A stretch of DNA of 64,000 bases from Epiperipatus broadwayi (taxonomy: Eukaryota > Animalia > Onychophora). Made by a program: the position numbers and the translations under genes. The stretch covers positions 1,550,001 to 1,614,000 of the forward strand of contig JAQFVV010000009.1 of NCBI GenBank assembly GCA_028023455.1, read 5' to 3'. This document shows, piece after piece, positions 13,065 through 25,810 of the stretch (position 1 is the first letter of the stretch; each line of letters starts with the position of its first letter). The notes under the pieces are model-generated. The model was given only the letters and a program-made list of their open reading frames with translations. It ran no database searches and was not told where the DNA came from.

Positions 13065-16000
13065 TTTGTGCTTTCAGAAGGCATAGCAATTTCTTGGATC
13101 ATCATTGATTTAATCACTTAGATTATTCAAAGATTAATTAAAATAAGCTAGGTTACTAAGTTAATAAGTGTAAAAAAGAAATTAATCTATTAACAAAAGA
13201 TTTAGAAATAAGACACAAATAAAAAGTAAACCTGTTGTTTAATGGACTATTGGTGAAACTGGATTTCAAATGTTAATTAAATGGAATTTTTTTGAGATGG
13301 ACAAGTAAAAGACAGATGTATCAGCTTACTGGACATGTAAGCTGGGTTTCTTGATTGAAGGTCAGTGTAATGAGTGAGAGATCAAGAACAGTGTTTTTCT
13401 AAGTAACTACTCTGGGGTGTTAAGAGATTTGCATTGTGATACTCAGGTATCAAAGAAATTAAAAAATGGCTAGATCTTACATTTAGTGGCTCATCTTAGA
13501 CACTAATAGCAAACTGAGACTTACAAATATTGGCACTGTAAGATGAACCAAAACATGCTAATAAAATATTAGACAATCATAGGACTGACCCAATTGGGAA
13601 AAATAAAAATTATAAAGTGTAGGTATGTGACCATATACTATGCCATTTGTTCAATAGGTCCACCAAATGGACACAAGAATACAATGGTTGTCCAACTCCT
13701 ATATGGATAACAACATCTTAGATATGTCCATGTAGTTTTTTATAGTAAAGAAGAGTCTACTAGGTCAGATTTTGATGAGCCAGAAGAAATCAGATTTGAT
13801 AAAAATAGTCAAAATTGGAAAGAAATAAAAATCCTTATGAATTTTTTTTTTTTTTTTTTTATAAAAATAGTATATATAGTTAAAGATTTGTTGTTATACT
13901 GGTCTCAATGATATTAATCTTTTTTAGAAGGAAGTTTAATGAAACAGATAGATAGCTATATTTTTTTAAAAAATAAGGGTCTATCATCAAATGAAAGGAT
14001 ATTTTCATAACATCAGATTTTCTGTGAGGTATTATATATTTTTAGCATTTTTGTCTGAATCAGTAAAAAGCTAATACATTATATAATTGTTTTCTGGAAT
14101 AGTATCATTTCATCAGTGAATATGTTCTGATATTCGATTAATAAAGATTAAAGGAAGAAAGCTTTTTATTTCTTGTTTTACATTACTGTATTTCATTGCC
14201 ATTAATAAACAATTGATTTTTTTTTCTTGGTGAATTTACTGCACATATTGGTGTGAACAGAAAATTATTGAAAATAATGGCATTGAGTTTGTGAACTCCA
14301 ATGGTGTATTATTATTGAGTTTTTGCTAAACACAAAGATTGATTGATATGTTTTTGCAAAACATAACTGTAAAGAATTTAACTGCATTTACTCTTAAGAT
14401 GATGATATCTTATGAATTTCTCTATAGTTATAAATCAAAATATAAAAAAGATTAGTAGTGCACAAGCAGTTGTAGGTGCAGATTGTTGAATCCTTTAAGA
14501 CTGAAATATAGCTTCTGTTCCAAATATGTTCATTCTTTTAAAAAACTATTACTTATGCTATGCTTCAACTGCTGTAAAGTATAGAAATATTCAGGTTATG
14601 AGCGAAATGATGAACTTTAATAAACATTTCTTTTAATATTTTATATAGGGTAATCATTTATTTTTTCCATTTTGTTGTAAAATATTTATAAATCTATTAT
14701 TTTTTATTACACTTAATATAGGTATTTGGTACTAGTAGAGCTTGTTCTCTAACTGCAGGATAGAGTCACTATCCACATATCAATGTAGCAAAGAAAAAAC
14801 TAATTGTTAAATCAAAAACAAAAACTAGGGAAATTATATAATAATGTTTAAAAATATTAATAATATATTTAGAAATAAAGCTAAAAATATATTTAATAAT
14901 CAAACCTGTACACAATGATTAAAATCAAAATATATCCAATGAGTGTGATCAGTAATGAAAAAACTAAATCAATAATGAGGCAAAATACAACTCTGTATAA
15001 TTAAATTACAAAATTAACTTGTGAAATGAATATAAAATAAAGATTTAATAAGCACAACAATATACAAAAAAGTAAGTGATATAATTCTTAAGAAAATAAT
15101 TGACAGTAATAACTCCATAAGAAATTAAAGTCCAAAAATGTATATATATTTATAACACAAACACCATAAAAGAGCATAGATAAAAAATCTACATTAGTGA
15201 CAAGTAAGTATTTAACAAACGATAAGAAATTAAATTCCCAAAAAAAGTTAGTCATATAAAATGAAAACTATGAATATTATAAAAGGTATTCATGCATGTT
15301 TTCAGTTGTACATTTTTTTATGACAGTCACTTTTTAAATTATTTTCTTACGATTAAGACAATACCTATATGAAGTTCTATTATGGAAGTAAATATGATAA
15401 AAATATATATTATGACCATAACTGTGTATTTCTTATGGCATCTACATTATTCTCATGCATAGAAATATTTGGGGAATACCATCAATTATTTTTTTATGGA
15501 TTACATGGTTGTTGTTTTTTTTTTTTTGTATTGTTATATTCTTTAAATATTCATACTCAATACATGGATTGGATTTGTAATTTTTTAAAAAGTTGCATTT
15601 GCCCTCATTATTAATTTTAATGTCTTATGAACACACCACTAAATCACATTCATTTTAATATATTTTTAAATTGGTTTAGTCACTAAATATATTATTTTCA
15701 AATTTGTTTCTAAATATGTTGTTTTTATGTGTTGTTTTTACATGGAAGTATATTAAGTGATTTCATCTTTTTTTGTTTTATTTTTGAATTTTTATAATAA
15801 TAAAAAAACATGAAACTTATTTTTTTTCTTTGTTCACTGATGTGAAAATAGTAGTTTATTCTATAGATAGAGAACAGGTTTTAATAATACTAGATATTCA
15901 TTTATCCATTCTATTTTATACTAATATTACATCAAAATCTCCCATTCATCCACAGTATTTTATGTTCATTTTAAAATTGAGTGTCAGATATTTATTCATC

Positions 16001-16879
16001 TACTGTATTTTGTATACCTCATATAATTAATATCATGTTTCATATGTTTATCCATAAACATTTTTGAAATTGTATAAAACCTATATCCTTAATTTTTTTA
16101 AATAATATTCTATTAACATTAATTTTTAAATAAAGAAAAAACTTAATAAATTCTCAAGTTAATATTGTGGATGAATCTTTTTTATGATCCTCTTTTTAAA
16201 ATGGATACAAACAAGGAATATTATTAATTAAATACACAAATAAATAATTAAAAATGAACAAACATAAAATACTAGGTTTTCTTTCAACTTAGAGGTCAAA
16301 TATAACATGAAAAAAATCTATAAATAACAGTTCCTTTTATAAGAGGAGTTTAAACATATCCTGAATTATTGTGAAGACAGATAGGAAGTAAATTAGTAAA
16401 GCAACGATTTCAGCAAATTATGTATTTATTTTTTAGGGATATCCTATTAAATTGTCTCCCTCATAAGTTATGTCATAAGAACTTATTTTACATAAAGCTA
16501 TATTTTATATATTGATAGTGTGCTGAATATATATATATATGTGTGTGTGTGTGTGCACATTGGATCAAAGTAAATATTTAAAATTAAAATAAGAAAAAAA
16601 ATCTATAAGGATATAAAGAAATGGGATAGAAAATGATTTATTTTCAAAAATTAATTATTTATGAGTTTAAAGAACTAAATATTTTATTTTTATAATATAT
16701 ATACTCTTTCCTATATTTATAGTTTTAGAAGGAACTTTATTCAAGGAAAAATATATCTACAGATATTTCAGTTTAAAAGGAAAACAAATCAAAGAATACC
16801 ACAATAAGTATTTTCAATAGCATTCAGTGAATTAAACTACTATTAAAAGCATTTACAATAAAATAGGAAACAAAAAATA

Positions 16880-18780
16880 TATCTTACTAGAGGTGAGAGC
16901 ACTGATGGACAAGTAGCTATGAAAATGTCTAATGGGGCAATTTTTTTATCTCTTCGTTTTATTGTCTTTAATTTGTTTTTAGAAGTGTTAAAACTTTCTT
17001 ACATTACTATTGTAAAGATAAGTGCCACCTTATGTACGATAATGCATATAATATAAATATTGTACTTATTTCTGTGAAGCAGGCATTTGGAAAAGACTAT
17101 AATTGAACTTATAAGTGACATTCTTTTTCTGATAAATTTTTGCAATATAAGATAGATGGTATTGTAGGCTACTATCCTCAGAGAATGTGTTTTTGTTTTT
17201 CTTCTGATCTGTGGCATAACTCACATATAATGTCAATATTAAGTGTTTTTTTATATCTCATGAAATATAATGTTGATAATGACCACATGTTCATTTTGAG
17301 TAGAAAATCAAAAAATTTGGGCTCTAGTGTCCAATACTTAAATCTATGTAGTAGCTACTTATTATTAATGTCTAAGATTGGCAAGTCTAAGTTATAATTT
17401 GTGTTTTTGTTTAGAAATATATATGTATTCCAGAAGAGTCATTTGTCTTGTGGGAAGTTATGTTAGGAATAGATATTAATTTAATAAGTTCTAAGATTGT
17501 ATGCAGATGAAATTTGTTTACAGGTGTTATTTTAAGTGACTTCTAAATATGGGTATATTTTTGTCATAGATGTTTAAAAAATAATAGTTTTTTGTATTGT
17601 AAATACATGAATAGAATGTCCTATCCATTTAGGTTGCTATGAGACTGTATTTGCCTGAGTGAGATGGCCACTATTTTTCTTCCCCATAAAAAAATTTTCT
17701 ACACAGTGAATAAATCTTTGATGTAAAGGATTTTGTAAAGACTATAATTGTTATTAAAACAGGCAAAACTTTCCATATAGTATTGCCACCCTGCAAGCCA
17801 GAGTAATAAATGGATGCCAGAAGGCTTGTGCATAAAATCCTCATTTAGTGCCTACTCATCCAATATCCCCAGATTAGTTTCTGGTTTGTGACCTTCATCA
17901 GTGAGGAGTCTGGAATCTGAGAGCACTTCACCTATATCTTAGGATCTAATGCAATACTCCAGAAGCCACTTTTTATTTCTTCTTAACTACAATGAAACAA
18001 TATTTTTAATCCAAGCTCATCAACTTATATAGTCATATAGGTCTGAACTCAGTTCAGTACCCATACATTTTGATGTCTTTGCTTCTTTAATAACCATAGC
18101 TACCACTATCCTATTACACAGAATTGCTTTTAAGCCAATAAACATCACATGATCACCATTTCTTACTCTAGCTTGCAGGGTGGCAATACTATATAGAGTT
18201 TTTACTGATTTAATAACAGTTATAAGCAAGCATAAGAAATGGTGATCATGTGAAGTTTATTGGCTTAAGACTATAATTGATGTACAATAAGTGATTTTTG
18301 TAATAATCAGCATGTCTATAAGTGATACTTTCAAATATAGAGAAATATATGCTTTTGAGCAGGAGGATATGGTCTATTATCTTGTTTGAATTAGTTTGTT
18401 TTGTATTTGCTTTCCATAGCTTGTAACTCAAATGAAAGGGGGATCCTAAATGGGCCATAGGTTTACCTTAAAATACATTTGAATGTGTTTTGCCTATGAA
18501 TATTCACAATACCCATGTTTTATCAAGGTTAAATTCTAATTTATAGGTGCAAGTTAATGTGTGTATTTGCTTTTAGTTGTTAGAAAAACTGTTATATCAT
18601 CCATGTAGACTATGCAGGCTACATTAGGACCAAATGTGGATATATAGATACCTGGGAACCATTTATCAATGTTATTAAGTAGTGGACTTATGTATGTGGT
18701 GAATAGCACTGCATTAAGTGGAGACTCTTGGGGGATTGATTGATGTGGATTAAAAGGAAGAGACATTTTCCCATTTAGAG
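16880..18780 (-). mobile_element. 5'-truncated, decayed L1/Tx1-like LINE, interrupted by an insertion
   Basis: ORF 18554-18766 PQESPLNAVLFTTYISPLL..GI..VYMDDITVF (RT motifs); a frameshifted KIYSLCRKF.WGRKIVAISLRQIQ near 17650-17720 matches the copy at 52 kb. 3' boundary approximate. Confidence 0.75.
17751..18266. mobile_element. 516-bp composite insertion of the 12316 family inside the L1
   Basis: Flanked by direct repeat AAGACTATAATTG (17738-17750, 18267-18279); contains a plus-strand head, an inverted internally deleted copy (18130-18225) and a plus-strand tail. Confidence 0.6.
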
Positions 18781-19066
18781 TTATATATATATTTCTCTAT
18801 TTATTCGCAAGTTTGTGAGCAAATATAATATTGATTATGGTATTGTTGTTTTTTCTAATGTTTTTATGAGTACATCTATTAGTACCAAATCAAAAGCAGT
18901 CCTTATATCCAGTTGTATTGCCATCGGGCTGTATTTTTTTGCATTTCGCACAGTATCAATGATAGTTATTTTGAAACTGAAAAATATTTTGATTGACACA
19001 ACTTGTCTAATTATTTAAGAAAATAGACGAAAGTTAATTTAAAATACTCAAAAAAGACGAGTTAAG

Positions 19067-19177
19067 TTTTTTTTTTTTTTTTCATGTGTCAAAGCATTGG
19101 CCGGGAAGTGAACCCGCAAACCCAGGACAACTGCTTATAAGACAGCTGTGATGACCACTATACCACCAACGCTTGAC
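19067..19177 (-). mobile_element. tRNA-Gly(TCC)-derived SINE copy
   Basis: Minus strand reads GTCAA-GCGTTGGTGGTATAGTGGTCA...GGGTTCACTTCCCGGCCAATGC-TTTGACACATG-poly(A). Confidence 0.88.
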
Positions 19178-22100
19178 AAAAGTTTTTTGTTTTTGTTTTT
19201 CGGTAAACAAGATTGCAAAAGTAATAAGAATCCTATAAAATGCATGTAAAATTTATTTTAAAAGAAAGAAAATGGAAATGGAAAAAGACTGCACAGAAGG
19301 ACCAATTTTCTAAACTACCCGACATAAAAAGGGCCTGATCTTAAAAATATTACCGATCACCTGCCAAACATATCTAAATAATAGCTGAAGAAATTTATCT
19401 ATCATTGGAAATAATATCCATAGTCTTTATTAAATCTTCTTCTATAAATGCAAAATCAATCTGAATAATTTTTCATCAAGAAAAGTTTTTTTAAATAAAT
19501 TTATTGGAAATAAATTGAGTCAATAAAATAAACTTTTACTGATGTATTTCGGTTTTTCTTTTTTTATATTCTTACGTGAGGAATTATAATTTACTATCAA
19601 AAGAGTTAATTTTATAAAATAAGATCAATATTAGAATAAGACAATTTATTAATATTTATAATTTCCATAATTGTTTTGTAAGCATTTTTTTTAAATATTT
19701 AAATTGTACTAATAGGTGTTTTATTAATATATTGGAAATATTACCATTACTATTTGTCATTCAAAAGAAAAGAGATCATTTATAATAAAAGGATTACTAT
19801 TAAATATGTTATTTTTCTATATTCACATTAATTTGATATGTGCATGTATATTATAAAGACAGTGAAGCAAATAGTCATGCAGATAACCTAGAGTGAGAAT
19901 GAAAGGGTGGCATTTAATATAAAATAAATTATTTCTTTGTTTCCAGAGAGATTTGATGAATCTAATCATTATCTGCAACAATCTGAATCCTCACAGTATT
20001 ACAGTCTGGAAAATTACGCTAAATTGCATTGTTTATTTTATAATAAAGTAGTTGCTATTGTGCCGGTTGGATTTGTATGTTCACGTAACAAGATCTAGCA
20101 TCTAGGCAAAAGTACCTCGAATCCAATCGTGCGCAAGATACACAGGTCAGGAACACTCATGAACTTTGCCCTATTTGCCTATTTCCCAGATCTATAACAT
20201 TATGAACAACAATCCTGATGACATCGATTTAATTTACTTCTCACCGCTGGCATCGCTCATCGGAGACACAAAAAAGACTCTAGCTAAACTTTAATGATAG
20301 ACTAACTTAACAATTAGCTATATTTTATGAGCAATAAAGGCTCGTGACCTAGCATATTAATTATGTATTTAGCGAAGATCATCTAGTCAAATTGAGCACA
20401 ATTAATAACTTAATGTATTAACTTAACTAAAAGAAAGCAATGATTCAAGAGTTGATATATATATTTAAGATTTATTAGATTAATAACAAAAATTATGTCG
20501 GGTTATTTATCCGACATTAGCCTCATAAGTATTATATATATATTTAATTCATATTTTACAATAACATGATATTTGCCGCTATGCCAATAATATATGTGTG
20601 TGACTTAAGGAATTAGCGCTATTGGAATGCATTACTATTACACCCCCAGAGAGACGAAAAGAGCATTTACTTGATTTAAAAGACAATAATTTTACAAGCA
20701 GATATTACATTTGGTTATATTTAATATTATTATTAATTTGAGTTATAAATAATTAATGCGTGGGATGGATAATGAATAATTATATAAATGATAATAAATT
20801 TATCGCATTGATACGTATAGTGAACTAATGGAAATATGTCTGTTTAAAGAAATCATCTCATTACGGCTTATGGCTATTTCTGGGTGACTAATAATACACT
20901 GAAAGGCAGTACATGCATGGCGGCAGATTGGGGTAGTCCAATTATGGATCCTGGAGTGTGCTTCATGAATTTTAATAATGAAGTTGACCGATTTCCTCTG
21001 CAAATGTAGGCAGGGTCAGTATTGATATGAAGGATGGTCGGCTATGTCTTTATCGGGCTGGATTTTCCAGAGCGATTCCCATATAAAGCATGCACATACA
21101 ACCAAGTGTGTCCACAGGATGGTTTTACAGCCTGGTTTCTAGGACATGAAGAATGACGATGGGGCTCGACTTAGCGAATACCTCCATGTGAGAAAGAAGC
21201 ACGAATATATATAAACGAAGTGGCCTATATGCATGCAACGCTTAATAATACAATATAACTATAACTTTAAAGATTATCTAAACATATTTATTGCCCATAA
21301 ATTATGAAATACTCGATGTAATGGTATGGTTTCTTCGTTAAACAAACATGAATAATAATGCTAATTAAATATAAACTAAGATCTTAAGATCCCCCCCCCT
21401 TTTACATTATGTTACTTAATATTATTCATTACTTCAATAAATCTCAATCTTGGTTAATAAATGCCCTTATGAAAATATATAAATTATTACAAAATAAATG
21501 GGTGGTGGTAATAGCTAAGATGGGTTTTACATATATAATATAAATTACTAATAAGAGATAGCGCATTATTTAGAAAGGAAAATATAAAAAAACAGATGTC
21601 AATCTGTTTTTCTACAGTAAACATAAAAATATAATTAGTTTGTTTATCTAAAATCGCGAACACCTGGGCAAGTCGAATAAGACTTGTTTTGATTAAATTA
21701 TAAGTTAATTACCTGATAAATGATGGGTGGGGAAAACGAAAATAAATTATATGCTTGCAATTTTAGAATATCATTGGCATTTCTTTTTAAAATATAAATA
21801 CATAAAATCTAACTGAAAATTATTTGCTGCTTGGAAATAAAAAAAAGAAAACATTTTATAAGAGGCTTAGTATTGATTAGTTATATAGAGTTATAAGAAT
21901 TACATATTTTGAAGACATTTAATATAGATGATTAGAAAATATAAATATTACAGAGAAGGCAGGATTTAAGAATTATGAGTGGTCAAAGTTCTTTTACCTT
22001 GCTATTTGGAAGAGCGATTTTACTACGAGTAAGTCCATCGGTATTGTTTCACTAGATCTAGGGTAGCATTATTATATGGTAGTTAGCATTTCACTTTCAC

Positions 22101-22955
22101 TGGAAAAATATATAAAGTTCATCAGTATGGGATGCAGAGCTTCACTTATGGGAACAGCATATTAGAATGGAGGGAAAAGGTGAAATTTCCCCTACTCACG
22201 GCACATTGAGTGAGAATCAAAACTGGCGTGGAATATGTATAGCAACATCATTATTTTGTGGTCTCCTCCCTCCTGTGGATTAAAATCCAGCAGTATATAT
22301 TCTTTTATTTTGATGATGTAACTTAGCAACTACTGATGTACCTGAGGCGGTTTAAGCACTTAAGGTTCATCTGGAATAATTTAACCAGATATTTTCTTAT
22401 CTGGTAAAACTTTTTTGAAACAATGCAATTCTGTTATCAGTTTTTCAAATGATTGTTTTAAAATAAATCTTATGATTTTAAAACAAGCTAGTGTGGACAA
22501 AATTTCCACTAATGGGTTTATTTATTATTACAAAATCGTAATCTTTTATTTTATCTAAGGGGATCTTCCAGGTAATTGTTTTTCGAGAGACTTTTTGACA
22601 AGATTGCATCATTTCTGGCTACAAAATTACATATGAAAAAATAATAAGTTTCATATATGATTTTGATTATATTTTATATATAACATAACTTTACTAATTT
22701 ATTCGCAATCTCCTACACTAAAATATATATATAGATTTATTACTTACACCCGTATACACATGAGAATATTATTAAATAAAAATATTTTTAGATTAAAATA
22801 CATAAGTGTTTACATGATTGATGTTAAAATACTAAGCAAAAGAAATATACTTATTATTAGATATGTATATATGTGCGTGAAGGTGGGTTTGAATATAGTT
22901 AGATGGTAGGAGATTGGATGTGGGCTGTGAAACAGAATCTGAGCATCAGATCATC

Positions 22956-23564
22956 TGTTTCACTATGTTCAATTGTTATTGATTAAAACCACCTATTTTG
23001 TTATTACAGAACATAAACTAGCATATATGCCATCCCGGTTGATGCTATGACATATGAAAAAAAAAAAAACTAGCATATATGTTAAAAAAATAAATGAACT
23101 CCCAGGAAGACAGTCGGCTTACAATAATTAATTGTAAATAATTATTCATTGTAACCTTTTCTAACCTTTTCAATACAAAATTTATACAAGTATTTTTACC
23201 ATACATTTACCTATGTCCTGAGGCTTACTAACAAACAATAATATAGACCGGGGTGGCCTTTAATTTTGCCTAGATCCCTCCTTTGCACCTTCAGGGATTC
23301 ACTGGGTAAAAAAGCTAGTCCAGAACCTCCTTCTTAGCAGGGTGTCCAATCTTCAGTAGTAAATACTTTTTTATAGGTAGTTCCCCTTTCAGACTGGGAA
23401 CATTAGGATCCAGTGGACATTCCATTCTATTGGTTATTTATATTTATTCCTATGCTTATTGGTTTGCAGTGCTGTATGCTCAATCCAGTTTAAATCATGT
23501 TCAATCTGAGCAAGTCTACAGAAAACTTGTTGTGTATGTATTTTAATTCGCCTAGCATGCAGCA
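22956..23564 (-). repeat. 3' LTR of the Gypsy element
   Basis: Direct repeat of 30022-30595 (roughly 85% identity by eye), adjacent to the PPT; carries a SINE insertion absent from the 5' LTR. Confidence 0.9.
23030..23066 (+). mobile_element. 5'-truncated tRNA-Gly SINE inserted in the 3' LTR
   Basis: CCCGGTTGATGCTATGACATATG-poly(A) with 15-bp TSD AAACTAGCATATATG (23015-23029, 23067-23081). Confidence 0.85.
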
Positions 23565-23584
23565 CTATCTCCCTCCCTACTCCT
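23565..23584 (-). other. Polypurine tract
   Basis: Minus strand AGGAGTAGGGAGGGAGATAG lies immediately before the TG start of the 3' LTR. Confidence 0.8.
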
Positions 23585-24299
23585 GAGAAACACCTGCTTC
23601 TCTGGAATCACATATATTCTTTTTAATAGTCTATTTCTCTGGGGAGTCACATATATTCTTTTATCAGTGTATTTCTCCATTTAATAGTAATTATAGAATG
23701 TTTTTTTGGCTTGCCATATCATTTAGTACTCTACGATTATTGTTCACTTTCCAAATGTTTTTTAATAAACAACTCAATTTTCATGCAGCAAATATCTTGT
23801 TACTTGTTATTATGAATGGCATTTGACAAAACATTTCATCAATAATAATAATAAAGATATATATGTATAGTCAAAATTTAAATGCATAGTTCTTTTATAA
23901 AAATATATCTTGTTACTTAGTTATTATGAATGGCATTAAACAAACACTTCAATAATATATATATATAAGTGATATTATTTTATAAAGCGCAGATGGTATT
24001 GAAATTAAACTGAGAGAATGCAAATTTCTCAAGCGCTGGCTGTTGGTAGTCATAAGCGCTTGATATATATATATAGTCAAAATTTAAATGCATAGTTTTT
24101 TTATAAAAGTAAATCAAATGAATGCTTACACTGAAAAGTTAGTTTTAAAAATGCCATTCTAATGATGGTTTATTACCAATTATCAACTAATCACATATAT
24201 AATCTTGTAGATAGGCAGGTGGGTGACATTTATGGCAAAGTCCATTTTCTTCCTGATTGTCAGTCACATTCAATCTGGGATGCTGTATCATGATTTCAT

Positions 24300-24780
24300 T
24301 TGAAACCCCCTTTTCTTCATCATCTAACTCTGTATGAGGACTTCTGTGTCATCTTTATTAACTACATTATGATTCTCGATTGGATCTTCATCTTGAGTTT
24401 CCATATTATAGTCAAAGTTTACTTCAGTCCAGTTTTTCGGACATGATTTATGTGTCGACGGTAGCTTACTCCTGATTTGGTTTGTATTTCAACGATTTGA
24501 TCTGAATTAATTCTAATTATTATACCAACTATCCATGTCTTGTGTAGTGTATCTCATGCCCATGCATTATTCCCGGCAGCACACAAATTTTTTTATTGTT
24601 GTTGGTTCTCCATGGTCAGGCATCAGAATGGACAGCTTGTTATGCAATTTCTACCATTAATATTTCAGCTGGTGATTTCCCAGTGGATATGGTTGGTGTA
24701 ATATGTTGGTCCAGCATTGTAATGTTTAGCACCTCAGATAGATTGGTTTTATTTAGTCTATTTAATACTAGTTTTAAATG
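24300..24780 (-). pseudogene. Gypsy integrase C-terminal part
   Basis: Minus frame LNRLNKTNLSEVLNI..QHITPTISTGKSPAEILM resembles the integrase TP.STTG.SPAEL motif. Lower boundary approximate. Confidence 0.7.
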
Positions 24781-25810
24781 ATGAAAAAAAATTACAGCCA
24801 ACTGGACAAGAGGCATTGGCCATTATATCAGTGGTTTGAAAATTCCACCAATACATTTACAGCAAATCAGTCAAAATAATAAGAGACCGCCATCCATTGT
24901 TGGGAATATTCAACAATAAAAAAGGTGCACCTGACCATTTGAGCTCGCAAATGATTCACTGGTATAATTTGCTATCTTCATATGATTATAAATTCGTATA
25001 TCAGCAAGGTAGTCAAATTCAGCCCTATCATGCATACCAGAAGTAATAGAGAAAATGGACACTAAAGTAGACATAAATTTACTTAGATCATTGGAAGCCA
25101 GAAATTATAAATTGCAATACTATAGCCAGATGGACTCAAGAAACAGATGGATACCACACACTCATAAATTGGATTAGGAAAGAATGGCCCAGAAAATGAC
25201 CTCATTATTTACATAAGTATCATGGAATATGCACCAACAACTATCAATATTAAAGGGATGCATAGTAATGCCAGATAAAGAATTGGTTCCTCCTATCAGA
25301 CATTCTAGAATATTAGAAATGTTACATCAAGGCATCCAGAGGTCATTCGAGCAAAAGTACTAGCCTGCAATTATGTGTATTGGCAGGCATGGGTACAGAG
25401 ATAAGAGATGTTCATTTAAAAATGTAAATCTTGCCAATCAACCATTAACGTACCTCCAAAGAAATTTACATCATGGCCTAAAACTGATAAACCTTGGAGC
25501 CAGGCCCACATAGACCATGCTGGAACAGTAATGGTATATTTTTAGTATTGATAGATGCTGGCTCAAAATGGGCAGAATACAAGTTAGCCAAAAATACGAG
25601 TTCAGCAGAAACTGTTCATATTCTAAGCAAAATATTTGCACACCAGGGATCACCAGAAGTTTTGGTTTCAGAAAATGAGACTTCTTTTACTTCTGACAAA
25701 TTTGAGTCATTTATGGATGAATGGGGAATAAATCACATTCGTTCTCCTCCACATCACCCGGAATCCAATGGGATCATGGAAAAGGCTGTTTATTATTTCA
25801 AACTAGTATT
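24781..25810 (+). pseudogene. Inverted Gypsy RNaseH-integrase segment
   Basis: 24781-~25435 is the reverse complement of ~26948-27780; ORF 25494-25889 encodes integrase core LIDAGSKWAE..GSPEVLVSEN..FTS..RSPPHHPESNGIMEKAV. Confidence 0.9.

Noticed and set aside
14850-15730. Very degenerate ~900-bp fold-back
   Set aside because: Arm similarity is patchy in extremely AT-rich sequence, so significance cannot be judged by eye.
20215-20260. CTGATGA box
   Set aside because: No downstream stem II plus GAAA.
21930-22240. Possible exon (GA|GTAAGT donor near 22029; KAGFKNYEWSKFFYLAIWKSDLLR) or hAT-like WREKVKFPLL fragment
   Set aside because: Short, no recognisable domain, no partner exons, and the alternative readings conflict.
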